The notes beneath the pieces were generated by a model that saw only the letters and a list, made by a program, of their open reading frames with translations, had not been told where the DNA came from and searched no databases. A stretch of 64,000 nt of DNA, taken from positions 1 through 64,000 of IMG/VR virus record IMGVR_UViG_3300032242_002041. One strand, given 5' to 3'. Of this stretch, positions 40,391 through 49,657 are shown piece by piece; position 1 is the stretch's first letter, and each line of letters starts with the position of its first letter. Both the position numbers and the translations under genes were made by a program.

Positions 40391-40435
40391 CCAGAGACCA
40401 GCGAAAAGGACGGCTGTGACAAAATTATGAACCAT

Positions 40436-40463
40436 AAAAAAATCCCCAACAAGTGGGGATTTT
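40436..40463 (-). terminator. Intrinsic terminator after the 320-aa gene
   Basis: AAAATCCCCA-ACAAG-TGGGGATTTT with an A-run (U-tract on the minus strand). Confidence 0.8.
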
Positions 40464-40481
40464 GATTGAAAAACACCGCTA

Positions 40482-41444
40482 TTAGGATGTGTAATTCTGA
40501 ACCTGTGCCAAGGTAAGATCACCTGTGGTGTTGGTCCAAGTTGGGATGTCTGCGCCAGATTTAGCAGTGGTTGAAACAGCTTCACTGAATGTTAATCCAC
40601 GTGTGTTACCAGCAGCAGTCACAATGTTTGCACCACCTTCGGTAGCAGCCAACTGGAAAGTTGTTGTACCGTTGGTACCAATAACAAAATATGTTGTTGG
40701 GTTGGTGTAACCGGTGATTGTGGCATTGCCTGTAAGTGCGCCGGCTACAGTGATAACTTGACCTGTTGTAAAGGTTGTGGCATTGGCAGTGAACCAACCA
40801 GCAGTGTTAGCAACAGCCACACTACCAAGAGTGATTGCGGTTGTTTCGCCAGAAACAAAGAAGTTAACAGCGTAACGATTTGGAGGTGTTGATGAATCCC
40901 AAATGTACTTGTTGGTCAAACGACTAGCAAAAGTTTGGCCACCGTTGGCACTGAATACCATGTTCATTTGACCAGACGTGATTGTGGCGTTTGCAACCAA
41001 TTGGCATTGACCACAGTCACTGGCAGTGCCTGAACCTGCACCAGCACCGGTTGCTGTGAAAACGTCACCAACTGTTGGGTTGATTCCAGCACCAATTGAG
41101 GTCCAGTTTGTGTTGCCCAAGCTGAGAATTTGATAGCTAAAGCCCGGAGTGAAACTTCCTGCGTTTACACTATTTTCACCAGATACTAGATATTTGTAAG
41201 TGCCTTTTTGTGTAATAATGTGAGCAGCACCTTGTTGGCCGTTTACGTTGGCAGTGATTTTGACCACTGGAAAAGTGCTTGTAGCAATGCCTGTATTGGC
41301 ACCACCAACCACGCCCAAGAATTCAGTGCTGGTCATTCCAACCGGAATAACTTGCGTACCTGGATCCAAGTTGGCAAACTGTGGATAACCAGCATCTGTT
41401 GGAATGCTGTTGTTTAATTTTTGTATTTTAAGTGGACGACCCAT
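40482..41444 (-). CDS. Putative abundant virion structural/decoration protein
   Basis: 320 aa, beta-rich, MGRPLKI start. Has a strong AAGGAG RBS, a late promoter and its own terminator. Confidence 0.6.
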   Translation of the reverse strand: MGRPLKIQKLNNSIPTDAGYPQFANLDPGTQVIPVGMTSTEFLGVVGGANTGIATSTFPVVKITANVNGQQGAAHIITQKGTYKYLVSGENSVNAGSFTPGFSYQILSLGNTNWTSIGAGINPTVGDVFTATGAGAGSGTASDCGQCQLVANATITSGQMNMVFSANGGQTFASRLTNKYIWDSSTPPNRYAVNFFVSGETTAITLGSVAVANTAGWFTANATTFTTGQVITVAGALTGNATITGYTNPTTYFVIGTNGTTTFQLAATEGGANIVTAAGNTRGLTFSEAVSTTAKSGADIPTWTNTTGDLTLAQVQNYTS

Positions 41445-41545
41445 GATTTGTTTTCTCCTTAAAGAAGTCCGATGTGGGTTCTAGCCACTACGCGGTAGGG
41501 TTTATTCTTCCGCATAAAACGCAGGATTGCGTTGACTAGTATTTA
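41445..41545 (-). promoter_or_regulatory. Late promoter plus cloverleaf-like 5' leader
   Basis: TAAATA at 41540-41545 and three hairpins closed by AGTC/GACT. Confidence 0.6.
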
Positions 41546-41593
41546 TGGGCCGACAAATATTTTGGGTCTGCCAGCGCAGAATTAAATAGAGTC

Positions 41594-42739
41594 ATGCACA
41601 CAGAAGAACTAATAGACCTGGGCAATCAAGCCCGCGAAGCAAACAACCCAGAACTGGCCCTGACGTATTATGCTCAGGCCATGACGCAGGATCGAAATTC
41701 TGCAAGTGCTTTTAATAATTATGGCAATGTGTTACGCGAATGCGGAGACCCTGCAGGTGGTATTCCATTTTTGCAACGCAGTATACAGCTAGCGCCAGAA
41801 CACCCAACTGCTCCATTTAATCTGGCAGTGGCTTTGTTGCTGGCTGGTGATTACAGCCGGGGCTGGACCCAATACGAAGCACGATGGAATTATGAGCATT
41901 TAGCCGGTGCATTACCTGCTTACCAACAACCCAGGTGGACTGGTCAAGATCTTACGGATAAAACTGTGTTGGTTCTTGGTGAACAAGGTCACGGTGATAA
42001 TCTACAGTTTGTTCGATTTATTGGCGATGTCAAGTCACGCGGTGCAAGAGTAATATTAGCCGTTAATGAAAGTCTGCGGCCCTTGTTTTTGGGACCAAAT
42101 ATTCCTGAAATTGTTTCGCCAGGAGATCCCTTGCCTGAATTTGACTACTGGATTCCTATCATGAGCATTCCTGCGGTAATTGGAACAACCCTGGAAAACT
42201 TAGCCGAGGTGCAATATTACTTGACTGCTGATGCTGACCTACAGAAACAGTGGCAGGCGACGCTTGGACCTAAACGCAGATTACGTGTGGGCTTTTGTTG
42301 GTCAGGGCGCAGAGATACCTGGATCAATCGACACAAGGCCATGCCGTTTGCAGACATGCTGGCCTTAATAAAACGCAATCCCGGCTATGAGTGGGTTAAC
42401 TTACAGTGCGATTGCACCGAGGAAGAAGAGCGTGAATTAGTTGCCGCCGGAGTTAGAGCATATCCAGGTGCCATCTCAAGTTTTGCTGATTCAGCAGCCT
42501 TGCTCATGCACATGGATGTGGTCTTGGCTGTGGATACTGCTGTGGCACATTTAGCTGGCGCACTAGGCCGACCAGTCTGGGTCATGCTGAGTCAATTTGC
42601 GTTGGATTGGCGCTGGTTGCTGGATCGTGATTCAAGTCCCTGGTACACCACTGCTAGACTATTCCGTCAACCTCAAATGGGTGACTGGGCCTCGGTAACA
42701 GAACGAATACACAAATACTTGTCGTGGTATAAGATATAG
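41594..42739 (+). CDS. TPR-repeat plus glycosyltransferase family 9-like protein
   Basis: N-terminal TPRs, then EQGHGDNLQFVRF and DVVLAVDTAVAHLAGALG...WRW...SPWY. Confidence 0.9.
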   Translation: MHTEELIDLGNQAREANNPELALTYYAQAMTQDRNSASAFNNYGNVLRECGDPAGGIPFLQRSIQLAPEHPTAPFNLAVALLLAGDYSRGWTQYEARWNYEHLAGALPAYQQPRWTGQDLTDKTVLVLGEQGHGDNLQFVRFIGDVKSRGARVILAVNESLRPLFLGPNIPEIVSPGDPLPEFDYWIPIMSIPAVIGTTLENLAEVQYYLTADADLQKQWQATLGPKRRLRVGFCWSGRRDTWINRHKAMPFADMLALIKRNPGYEWVNLQCDCTEEEERELVAAGVRAYPGAISSFADSAALLMHMDVVLAVDTAVAHLAGALGRPVWVMLSQFALDWRWLLDRDSSPWYTTARLFRQPQMGDWASVTERIHKYLSWYKI

Positions 42740-42743
42740 TCAC

Positions 42744-42769
42744 AAAAAACCACCCGACGGGTGGTTTTT
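42744..42769. terminator. Bidirectional terminator between convergent genes
   Basis: AAAAACCACCCG-A-CGGGTGGTTTTT. Confidence 0.85.
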
Positions 42770-42808
42770 GTTTGTGTTACTAACTTGTGTTGACCCGGTT
42801 GTGTTGTA

Positions 42809-44146
42809 TCAACTGGTCAAGGTGTAGAACGGACTGAGACCTGTTTCTACACAACTACCATTGTTGGTAATGGTGTAGGCATTAGGACTTGCATCAACAG
42901 TGGCACTGGTTGTGCTTTGTGCTGTTAATAGCTGTGTACCGGAGATGGCTGTGAGCGGTACTGTTGGTACTGTATAAGTAGATCCAGGATAAAGTGCTCT
43001 ATTAAGAACTCGTAAATTTGAAATATAACCAGTCATGTAAGCTGCATTTATTTGACCTATTGACACAGTTGTTCCTGTTACATTAGGTGCTGTTGGTGTG
43101 TCGGATGCTTTTACTACGCCATTGACAAATATTTTTCTAGTAGTTCCGTCGTATTGTGCTACAACGTGATACCATGTATTTGCTACTAGGCCTATATCTC
43201 CAGTGCTCAAATCGTTAAACCACCAATAGTTGATTAGTCCTGTTCCGTTTTCAATTCTAAAAGCGTTTAGCTGACTATTGGTCTGAGTTCCCCAGTTGAT
43301 AATCTCGGCTCTTGTTCCTTGGTTGTAAACCCAGGCCTCTATGGTGTAACTAGAACTTCCTGTTGGCAATGCTGGAGCACTAGCAGAAAGATAAGAATTG
43401 CTGAACTTTGTTGAGCCGCCGATGAATGGGTTGCTGGTCACAGGCACAGAGCTACCTGTATTGGTAATGGTGTAGGCATTAGTACTTGCATCGGTAATTG
43501 TGGTGGCGCTTTGACAGGTCAATAGCTGTGTACCAGAAATGGCGGTGAGTGGTGTGGTTGGAGGTGTAAAGTTGCTGGTATAAACTGCGGTGCCTTTGAC
43601 AATGCGTAAATTACTCACATTGCCGGCAAAATATGTATTGAGAAATGCGCCAATTGACAAGGGAGTTCCTGCTGATGATTGTGGTGAACCACTTATTGCT
43701 ACCGTTCCTTGTGAGACGCCGTTTACAAATAAAGTAATTCCGCCAGTGGACTTGGTCATGGCAATGTGTGTCCAAGTATTCAATGCCACAGTCGCAGTAG
43801 AATTTACAGATTGAGATGAACCATTATAATAATAAAAAGCTATTCTTCCTGTGTTGGAATTGATACCAAATGCCCAATATTGAGTAGAGGTAGCAGGATC
43901 CATATTGCCAACTAAAACAGGAGAAGGAGTGCTACTCCAGAAATTATATGCGGTTGGATATATCCAAGCTTCAATGGTGTAATCAGTGGTATACCAATCA
44001 AAATTTGCAGTTGAATATGGCACGGTCAAATATTGACTGGATCCGTTGAGCGCTACTGAACCGGTCAAGGTTGTGGCAGGTGCACCAGATCCTGATACGG
44101 TAAATCCAGGTCCTATGGTAAATCCGGGTCCAATTGTTAATGGCAT
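42809..44146 (-). CDS. Tandem LamG/concanavalin-like lectin domain protein with IGPG tag
   Basis: Two YTIEAW...W.H.A...G.ISNLR domains after an MPLTIGPGFTIGPGFTV N-terminus. Confidence 0.8.
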   Translation of the reverse strand: MPLTIGPGFTIGPGFTVSGSGAPATTLTGSVALNGSSQYLTVPYSTANFDWYTTDYTIEAWIYPTAYNFWSSTPSPVLVGNMDPATSTQYWAFGINSNTGRIAFYYYNGSSQSVNSTATVALNTWTHIAMTKSTGGITLFVNGVSQGTVAISGSPQSSAGTPLSIGAFLNTYFAGNVSNLRIVKGTAVYTSNFTPPTTPLTAISGTQLLTCQSATTITDASTNAYTITNTGSSVPVTSNPFIGGSTKFSNSYLSASAPALPTGSSSYTIEAWVYNQGTRAEIINWGTQTNSQLNAFRIENGTGLINYWWFNDLSTGDIGLVANTWYHVVAQYDGTTRKIFVNGVVKASDTPTAPNVTGTTVSIGQINAAYMTGYISNLRVLNRALYPGSTYTVPTVPLTAISGTQLLTAQSTTSATVDASPNAYTITNNGSCVETGLSPFYTLTS

Positions 44147-44189
44147 CGTGTGATTCCTTTTGAGATTATGTATTTATTTAGTGGCCAAC

Positions 44190-44209
44190 AAAAAGCCCGA
44201 GTCTCGGGC
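44190..44209 (-). terminator. Intrinsic terminator
   Basis: GCCCGAG/CTCGGGC stem followed by a U-tract on the minus strand. Confidence 0.75.
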
Positions 44210-44359
44210 AGTTTATTTTTGTTTGTGTGCAACAGGAATCGCCGACCCACCAGCTGAACAATTTTGACTCCGCTCAGTCAGGAGTGTAACGTACTTATGG
44301 GGCTGATTGTTGGGCCAGCAATTTTTGACAGTGATCGCCGTGCCAGCGGGCGTAATTAG

Positions 44360-44713
44360 TTAGTGCAAGTGCTTTACTACAGGAACTGCTGGTTCTTCTA
44401 TTTCTTCGGGTTTTGTAATTGCCATTTCGTTTTCGCAATCTTCACAGATTTTGTCGTCGGCTTTAGAGTGATCAAACACTTCGTCTAGCAAGTTTTCGGT
44501 GCTCCAACCTGAGCTGGATAATACATGAATACAATCAATAAACAAGCTAAACACCGCGGCTGTATAATCAAACTTTTCAGTACGGCCTTCTTTGCTCCAA
44601 AGCAATGCCATAGCATCTTCTGCAGCTTCGTTGCACACGTCCATGTTGAACACGTAGGTTGAGCCGTCGGCTAGGGTTTCAACAATGTCTTCGTTCTTTT
44701 CTACTTTACTCAT
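44360..44713 (-). CDS. Hypothetical acidic protein with CxxC
   Basis: 117-aa ORF with an AGGAG RBS inside the 3' end of the upstream endonuclease gene. Confidence 0.6.
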   Translation of the reverse strand: MSKVEKNEDIVETLADGSTYVFNMDVCNEAAEDAMALLWSKEGRTEKFDYTAAVFSLFIDCIHVLSSSGWSTENLLDEVFDHSKADDKICEDCENEMAITKPEEIEEPAVPVVKHLH

Positions 44714-45566
44714 GTGTTTCTCCTTTTGGTTTAATGCGTGGTTTTAATTTAGGGTTGTATCGTTTTGATTCTGAATTCATATGACAGTTATCGCCGTGCC
44801 ATCGTTTGAACATACTGGTTGGCACAGTCCAAGTACAGCACAAACAAGTGGTTTCAGATTGTGACGGATGTGTTCCTTCTGCTAACCGCATCAGATTGCC
44901 TTCGCTGCCGAGAAAGTTGTGTGTACCATCTTCTACTCGTTTGGCATTTAATTCAGGGCCAAGGAAGTTATGGGTACCGTCTGCTACTAACTTAGCATTT
45001 AATTTTCCGCCGGCATTTGGACTTTTTCCATCTTGCCAATGATGTATGCCTGCTGCACTACGCCATATGCTCGGATTGTTGGTTAAGTTAATGTGCGTAC
45101 CATTGGCCATTGCTGTTTTGGCATTACGACCGTCTTTGTTTGGGTGATTATTTAAAAATACTTGTTTAGCGTCAGGGTTACGATTCATCCAATGATTATC
45201 GCCAGCAAATTTTTCTCTATGTTTTTCAGGATCTTTATTAAACCAATGATTATCTCCTGATAACTTTGCCGCTACTTCGGGATCCTTCATTGGATTATTT
45301 TCAGAATCAAACCCTATTGGATCTTTGGTACGATTCATACAATTTGGTTTACCAAAATGCTCTGCTAAGTATTTGCCCTCAAGCGCCTTAACTGCTTCAA
45401 TTGAATCTGCGTATTCTAATATTTCGCGGGTCAGTGTCGACTTATCTTTTATTGATAGCGGCCATTTACCAGAGCCAATATACCCGTCGTTGATGTTGTT
45501 TGTACTGTGTCTTCCAACATAGTATTTTCCGTTTGTGTGTGTTGTTTTGTAGATAAAGTGTTTCAT
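44706..45566 (-). CDS. Free-standing GIY-YIG homing endonuclease with repeated GTH(N/P)F / GDNHW DNA-binding modules; start revised to 45566
   Basis: HFIYKTT...YYVGRHST...YIGSG and C-terminal CLCC...WHGDNC. TAAATA lies 5 nt upstream of the ATG. Confidence 0.85.
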   Translation of the reverse strand: MKHFIYKTTHTNGKYYVGRHSTNNINDGYIGSGKWPLSIKDKSTLTREILEYADSIEAVKALEGKYLAEHFGKPNCMNRTKDPIGFDSENNPMKDPEVAAKLSGDNHWFNKDPEKHREKFAGDNHWMNRNPDAKQVFLNNHPNKDGRNAKTAMANGTHINLTNNPSIWRSAAGIHHWQDGKSPNAGGKLNAKLVADGTHNFLGPELNAKRVEDGTHNFLGSEGNLMRLAEGTHPSQSETTCLCCTWTVPTSMFKRWHGDNCHMNSESKRYNPKLKPRIKPKGETHE

Positions 45567-45630
45567 AGTATTATTTAGCATAGTCTGTCGCATTACTAAA
45601 ATATTAACATCTTTAGAATTAAAAGTCAAC

Positions 45631-45654
45631 AAAAAAGGCACTCGAAAGTGCCTT
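45631..45654 (-). terminator. Major capsid gene terminator with UUCG loop
   Basis: AAGGCACT-TTCG-AGTGCCTT-TTTT on the minus strand. Confidence 0.88.
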
Positions 45655-45710
45655 CTTTGGTAGTACTTAAAACAAATACCGTTACAATGAAGTAACGCGG
45701 TACCAAATTC

Positions 45711-46907
45711 CTAGCTAAACGATAGGTTCTGTACAGCGATTTCTCCAACATAATCGGCGGCATTCCCGAACGAGGAGGCCGTGTTAGTGAGTTCTACGAA
45801 TCCGTAGCGAGTCATAAAGCTAACTACTGGTTCGAATGTGGACGGATCCAATACAACACCTGAGCTCATCAACGGAATGTATGGGCAATAGAACGCAGCA
45901 GCATCAGCTTCTGATGTGCCTTTGTAACCTACCAATACACTTGCTGTATCTTGAGCGTAGCTGTTTACAAACACACGCATTGCACCGTTCAATGTACCAA
46001 CAAACTTGGTGTTTGTAGGAGCTTCGAATGTGCCTTCTGTTGTGCGAGCAAAAGCTGATGTTGTTGCACTTTGTAGCACTGTTAAGCTAGCTGGACTAAC
46101 AACAGCCCAGTTACCAGCGCCACGACGTGTACGCTGAGCGATCAAGTTAGCAACGCGGTTAATCAACACTGCCAAAGCGGCATGCTCATCACCAACGAAT
46201 GTTGCTGTACCACTTACAGTAGCTTGGTTGTATGTGTACTCAGTAGCAGCCAGGGTACTCAAACTTAACAAGATCTCTTGATCGATCTCAGCTGTGATCT
46301 CTTGTGCAAGAGCAGCCATGATTTCAGCTTCTACATCGATACCGTGCATGGCTTGTGCATCTTGAGCACTTTCAAATGTCCAACGAGCTTGTAACTTGCG
46401 TGTCTTAGCTTCAACAGCTTGTTTCAAGATCTGTACGGAAATTTGCTTACCGCCTGTGCCTTCCATTGTTGCTGTGTTGTTACCTGTGTAACCAGTAGCT
46501 GTTGTTTGCGCTTGTGGCACTGTAGAGTAAGCAGTAGCAATTGTGAATGGACTCAAAGCTTCACTACCAGCTGCAACGCTAGTAGCGGCTGCGGATTGGT
46601 CATTCAAACTTTGTGCATAGCGAACACGTAGCGTGTGGATTTGGCCTACTGGACCTGTCATTGGCTGTACGCCTACCAACTCGTTAGCAATAACTGTTGG
46701 CATTACACGACGGATCACTGGCAGAATCACACGGTTTAATGTGGCGATGTTACCAGAAACTGTAGAACCGGAACTTGCATTCTCACGCAAGTATTTCTTT
46801 GTATTTTCGAGGATAACGGACATGGATGTACGCTTAGAACCAGACAGGCCTTCTAACAGTGCATCTTTAGTTTCGCTCCAACGACCTTCTAATAATTCTT
46901 GTGACAT
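45711..46907 (-). CDS. Major capsid protein (gp23-like)
   Basis: VGVQPMTGPVGQI, KTRKLQARWT.E.AQD, EITAEIDQE, YCPYIPL and FEPV..FMTRYG motifs. Confidence 0.97.
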   Translation of the reverse strand: MSQELLEGRWSETKDALLEGLSGSKRTSMSVILENTKKYLRENASSGSTVSGNIATLNRVILPVIRRVMPTVIANELVGVQPMTGPVGQIHTLRVRYAQSLNDQSAAATSVAAGSEALSPFTIATAYSTVPQAQTTATGYTGNNTATMEGTGGKQISVQILKQAVEAKTRKLQARWTFESAQDAQAMHGIDVEAEIMAALAQEITAEIDQEILLSLSTLAATEYTYNQATVSGTATFVGDEHAALAVLINRVANLIAQRTRRGAGNWAVVSPASLTVLQSATTSAFARTTEGTFEAPTNTKFVGTLNGAMRVFVNSYAQDTASVLVGYKGTSEADAAAFYCPYIPLMSSGVVLDPSTFEPVVSFMTRYGFVELTNTASSFGNAADYVGEIAVQNLSFS

Positions 46908-46935
46908 TTAAGTCTCCTTATATTATGTCTTGGAT

Positions 46936-48033
46936 TTACAGCCCTGCCAAACGCTTTAGATCGATCACGTTGGATTCTTGTTCAACTTGATCTGCATCTG
47001 GACTGCGGGCAGATTTATCGCCAGTTGCTGTAGATAATGATTCTGTAATCACCTTGGAGGCTTTTACTGAACGGTCATCTAAAACTGCTGGTAGATACTT
47101 TTCAAATGCGTTGGACAGACGTGCTGTTTGTACGCTTTCGAGCAAATTACGCATAACTTCTTGCTTTTCCTTGTTTAGGGGAGCAAGCAATTCCTCTAAC
47201 ACAGCTTCACGCTGATTAGATTCTTTGAGTATACGCATTTCGCGTTCTTTGTTTTCGACCAGAACTCGTGCCTTCTGGGCGAATTTGATGGCTTCGGACA
47301 GTTTGGCATCTTTGGCAGCGATTGTGTCATGCAATTTACGAACTTCCTGCTTCTCATTTAAATGAGTTGCACCAAATTCTGTTGCATACGCTTCAAAAAT
47401 ACGGCGACCAAAATTGTTCTCACGAGCAACTTTGATGTCTTCTTTTAACTGACTGAGTTCACCCTTTAGATGTGTGCTAACAGCGTTAGACATCTTGCGA
47501 GCAGATTCAGCAACGAATCGACTCTTCAATGTTTCTAACTGACGGCGAGCTTCACGCACCAAACGAACTTTTGTGTTGACCACATCTTGTTTGTCTGTTG
47601 CAAATTCTTGAATCTCACGTGCAAGAGCATGTACCACAAATTGTTCTAATTTCTGAACACCTTCGGTGTGTGTCTTGCGGTCTTTGCGCAGTTCGCCAAT
47701 TTCTTCGGCCAATTTAGTAACCATAAACGAATTGAACTTCGTTGCTGATTCTTTCATTTTGACTTGGAAACGAACGCGATCTTCGGCCAACTGTTGCTTT
47801 TCAGCGGCAATTGATTGAATCTCTGCTGCAAGACCTTCTGTTACCATACGATCCAGGGCTTCCACCATCACTGTTTTGTCATGCTCATAGCGTTGTGCAA
47901 ACTCTTCGCGTAGTTCTGCACGTACTTGTTCACGAGCTTCGTTTAACTTGGATTCCCAAGCCTCAGTAATTTCTTGCTGAGCGTCCTCGCTTAACAGTTC
48001 GCTATCTAGTAACGGTTTAATAGCATCTAACAT
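46936..48033 (-). CDS. Prohead scaffold protein (gp22-like)
   Basis: Long charged coiled coil between the protease and capsid genes. Confidence 0.85.
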   Translation of the reverse strand: MLDAIKPLLDSELLSEDAQQEITEAWESKLNEAREQVRAELREEFAQRYEHDKTVMVEALDRMVTEGLAAEIQSIAAEKQQLAEDRVRFQVKMKESATKFNSFMVTKLAEEIGELRKDRKTHTEGVQKLEQFVVHALAREIQEFATDKQDVVNTKVRLVREARRQLETLKSRFVAESARKMSNAVSTHLKGELSQLKEDIKVARENNFGRRIFEAYATEFGATHLNEKQEVRKLHDTIAAKDAKLSEAIKFAQKARVLVENKEREMRILKESNQREAVLEELLAPLNKEKQEVMRNLLESVQTARLSNAFEKYLPAVLDDRSVKASKVITESLSTATGDKSARSPDADQVEQESNVIDLKRLAGL

Positions 48034-48035
48034 GC

Positions 48036-48686
48036 TTATTTCTCCTGTATCTTGAGACCACGTATCAATCGCATTACTTCGCTTTTTACGTATCTCTGTG
48101 CTTTGTTGCTGTTAGCCGGATCCTTAAACATTTCTAACAAGCGAGCTCCGCCGGCGTGATTTAACAGGCCTTCGTAAATTGCTGTTGGATATGCGTTGGG
48201 AGCACTTGGCTGAGCAACCACATCTACAGTGACAATTTCAAAGTCACTGACATGTCCGTTATGGTCGTCGACGTTACCGCTGCCACGACTGCTAACTCCT
48301 AATTTTACACCGTTAGTCAACATGGTTTTGACCAGTTCGCCCATCGGTGTAGGTAGTATCTTTAATGTGCCCATACCAGCTGGCCCATCCATCCACATTT
48401 TTTCAATCATGTGACTTACACGATCCAGGTTAATTTTCAAGTCATCTGGATGATCAACTTCACCTAGTACACTATGACCAGTTTTAATTTGTTCGTTAAT
48501 GGTGTCAACTGCCTTGGCAATTTCATTTACAGGATATACTCGCTCATTGGCGTTACGAACGCCGCCCTCAATGCAGATACCCTTTAACTTCAAGGTGCCT
48601 TTACCGGAGCCATCGTGGGCTTCCTCAGACAAGATTTCTAGTCCTGCCTGAGTGAAGCTTAGATGTTCTTTTAGATATCGAGCCAT
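48036..48686 (-). CDS. Prohead protease (gp21-like)
   Basis: RNANERVYP, GEVDHP, GVSSRGSG and DVVAQPSAPNA motifs. Confidence 0.95.
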   Translation of the reverse strand: MARYLKEHLSFTQAGLEILSEEAHDGSGKGTLKLKGICIEGGVRNANERVYPVNEIAKAVDTINEQIKTGHSVLGEVDHPDDLKINLDRVSHMIEKMWMDGPAGMGTLKILPTPMGELVKTMLTNGVKLGVSSRGSGNVDDHNGHVSDFEIVTVDVVAQPSAPNAYPTAIYEGLLNHAGGARLLEMFKDPANSNKAQRYVKSEVMRLIRGLKIQEK

Positions 48687-48695
48687 ATCTCTGGA

Positions 48696-49559
48696 TTAGC
48701 CTTTTGGAAATGGTGTTTTTGTGTTAACGCCACTGGCTTGGGCTGTTACAGGTTTTGGAGCAGCTGCTAACTTAGCATTTGCGCTGCCTTTGCCTGGTAC
48801 ATTCTTAAATGTTCCTGCTTCTGGCAAATCACCAGTTTTTGGAGCACTACGACCTTGTGCTGTGTCACCAGTCATTCGAACTGGAGCACCTTGCATACCT
48901 TTAGCACCGCTGTTAAAAGCTACAGTACTCTTGGTATTTGTGCCAGCTGGTTCGCTAGTTACAGGCTTTGGTGCTGCATCTAACTTGACGTTTTCCATCA
49001 TGGCTTCGTCGGCAAACTCAGCTGTTTCTGTATCGTCCATTTCTAAAGCGTCGCCGCCGTCAATGTCAGACACACTATCACCGTGCTCTTCGCCACCCAT
49101 CAATGACTCAAATTCAGCCATGAGTTCGTCAAGTTTGTCTTCGAGATCAACAACGCGGTCTTCGATATCACCTTCGTCATGGTCTTTTTCCATGTCGTGT
49201 GTGAGTTCTTCGCCGTCTTCTTCAGCTGAATCATCAAATTCTGCATCAGTTTCTTCTGACATGCCTTCTTCTTCCATTTCAACTTCGTCGCCTAAGTTTT
49301 GAAAGTTTTCGTCAAGTTCGTCTTCTTCTTCTTCGTGAAGTTCGTCGTACTCGATGTCTTTAGCAACCTTTTTGCCTGCTTTTTCAGCATGGTCGTCGCG
49401 TTCAGCGTCAGACTCTTCGTCCAACTCTTCCTCTTCCTGCATTAGATTTTCGTAGATTTCGCGACTTTTTTCTACCACGATATCGTGGAATAGTTCTTTG
49501 GCTTTCGCCTCTTCATCATTGATCACGTATTCGATCAATTGTTCAAATTTCGATGTCAT
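48696..49559 (-). CDS. Acidic prohead core protein
   Basis: Very D/E-rich and located between the portal and protease genes. Confidence 0.7.
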   Translation of the reverse strand: MTSKFEQLIEYVINDEEAKAKELFHDIVVEKSREIYENLMQEEEELDEESDAERDDHAEKAGKKVAKDIEYDELHEEEEDELDENFQNLGDEVEMEEEGMSEETDAEFDDSAEEDGEELTHDMEKDHDEGDIEDRVVDLEDKLDELMAEFESLMGGEEHGDSVSDIDGGDALEMDDTETAEFADEAMMENVKLDAAPKPVTSEPAGTNTKSTVAFNSGAKGMQGAPVRMTGDTAQGRSAPKTGDLPEAGTFKNVPGKGSANAKLAAAPKPVTAQASGVNTKTPFPKG

Positions 49560-49657
49560 ATTTTTTCCTCCATAGGTTATGGCTCGTCAGATATTTACTA
49601 TCAACAAGTAATATTGGTACTTTTGAGGTAGAAAACTGGGTGTTTTTGACTGTTATA

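Noticed and set aside
41461-41540. tRNA gene
   Set aside because: Cloverleaf-like, but it lacks a 7-bp acceptor stem, CCA end, canonical D and anticodon arms and TTC. Kept as a leader element.
44300-44359. Remnant of the original capsid 3' end downstream of the endonuclease (AITVKN versus EIAVQN)
   Set aside because: The similarity is too short and weak to support.
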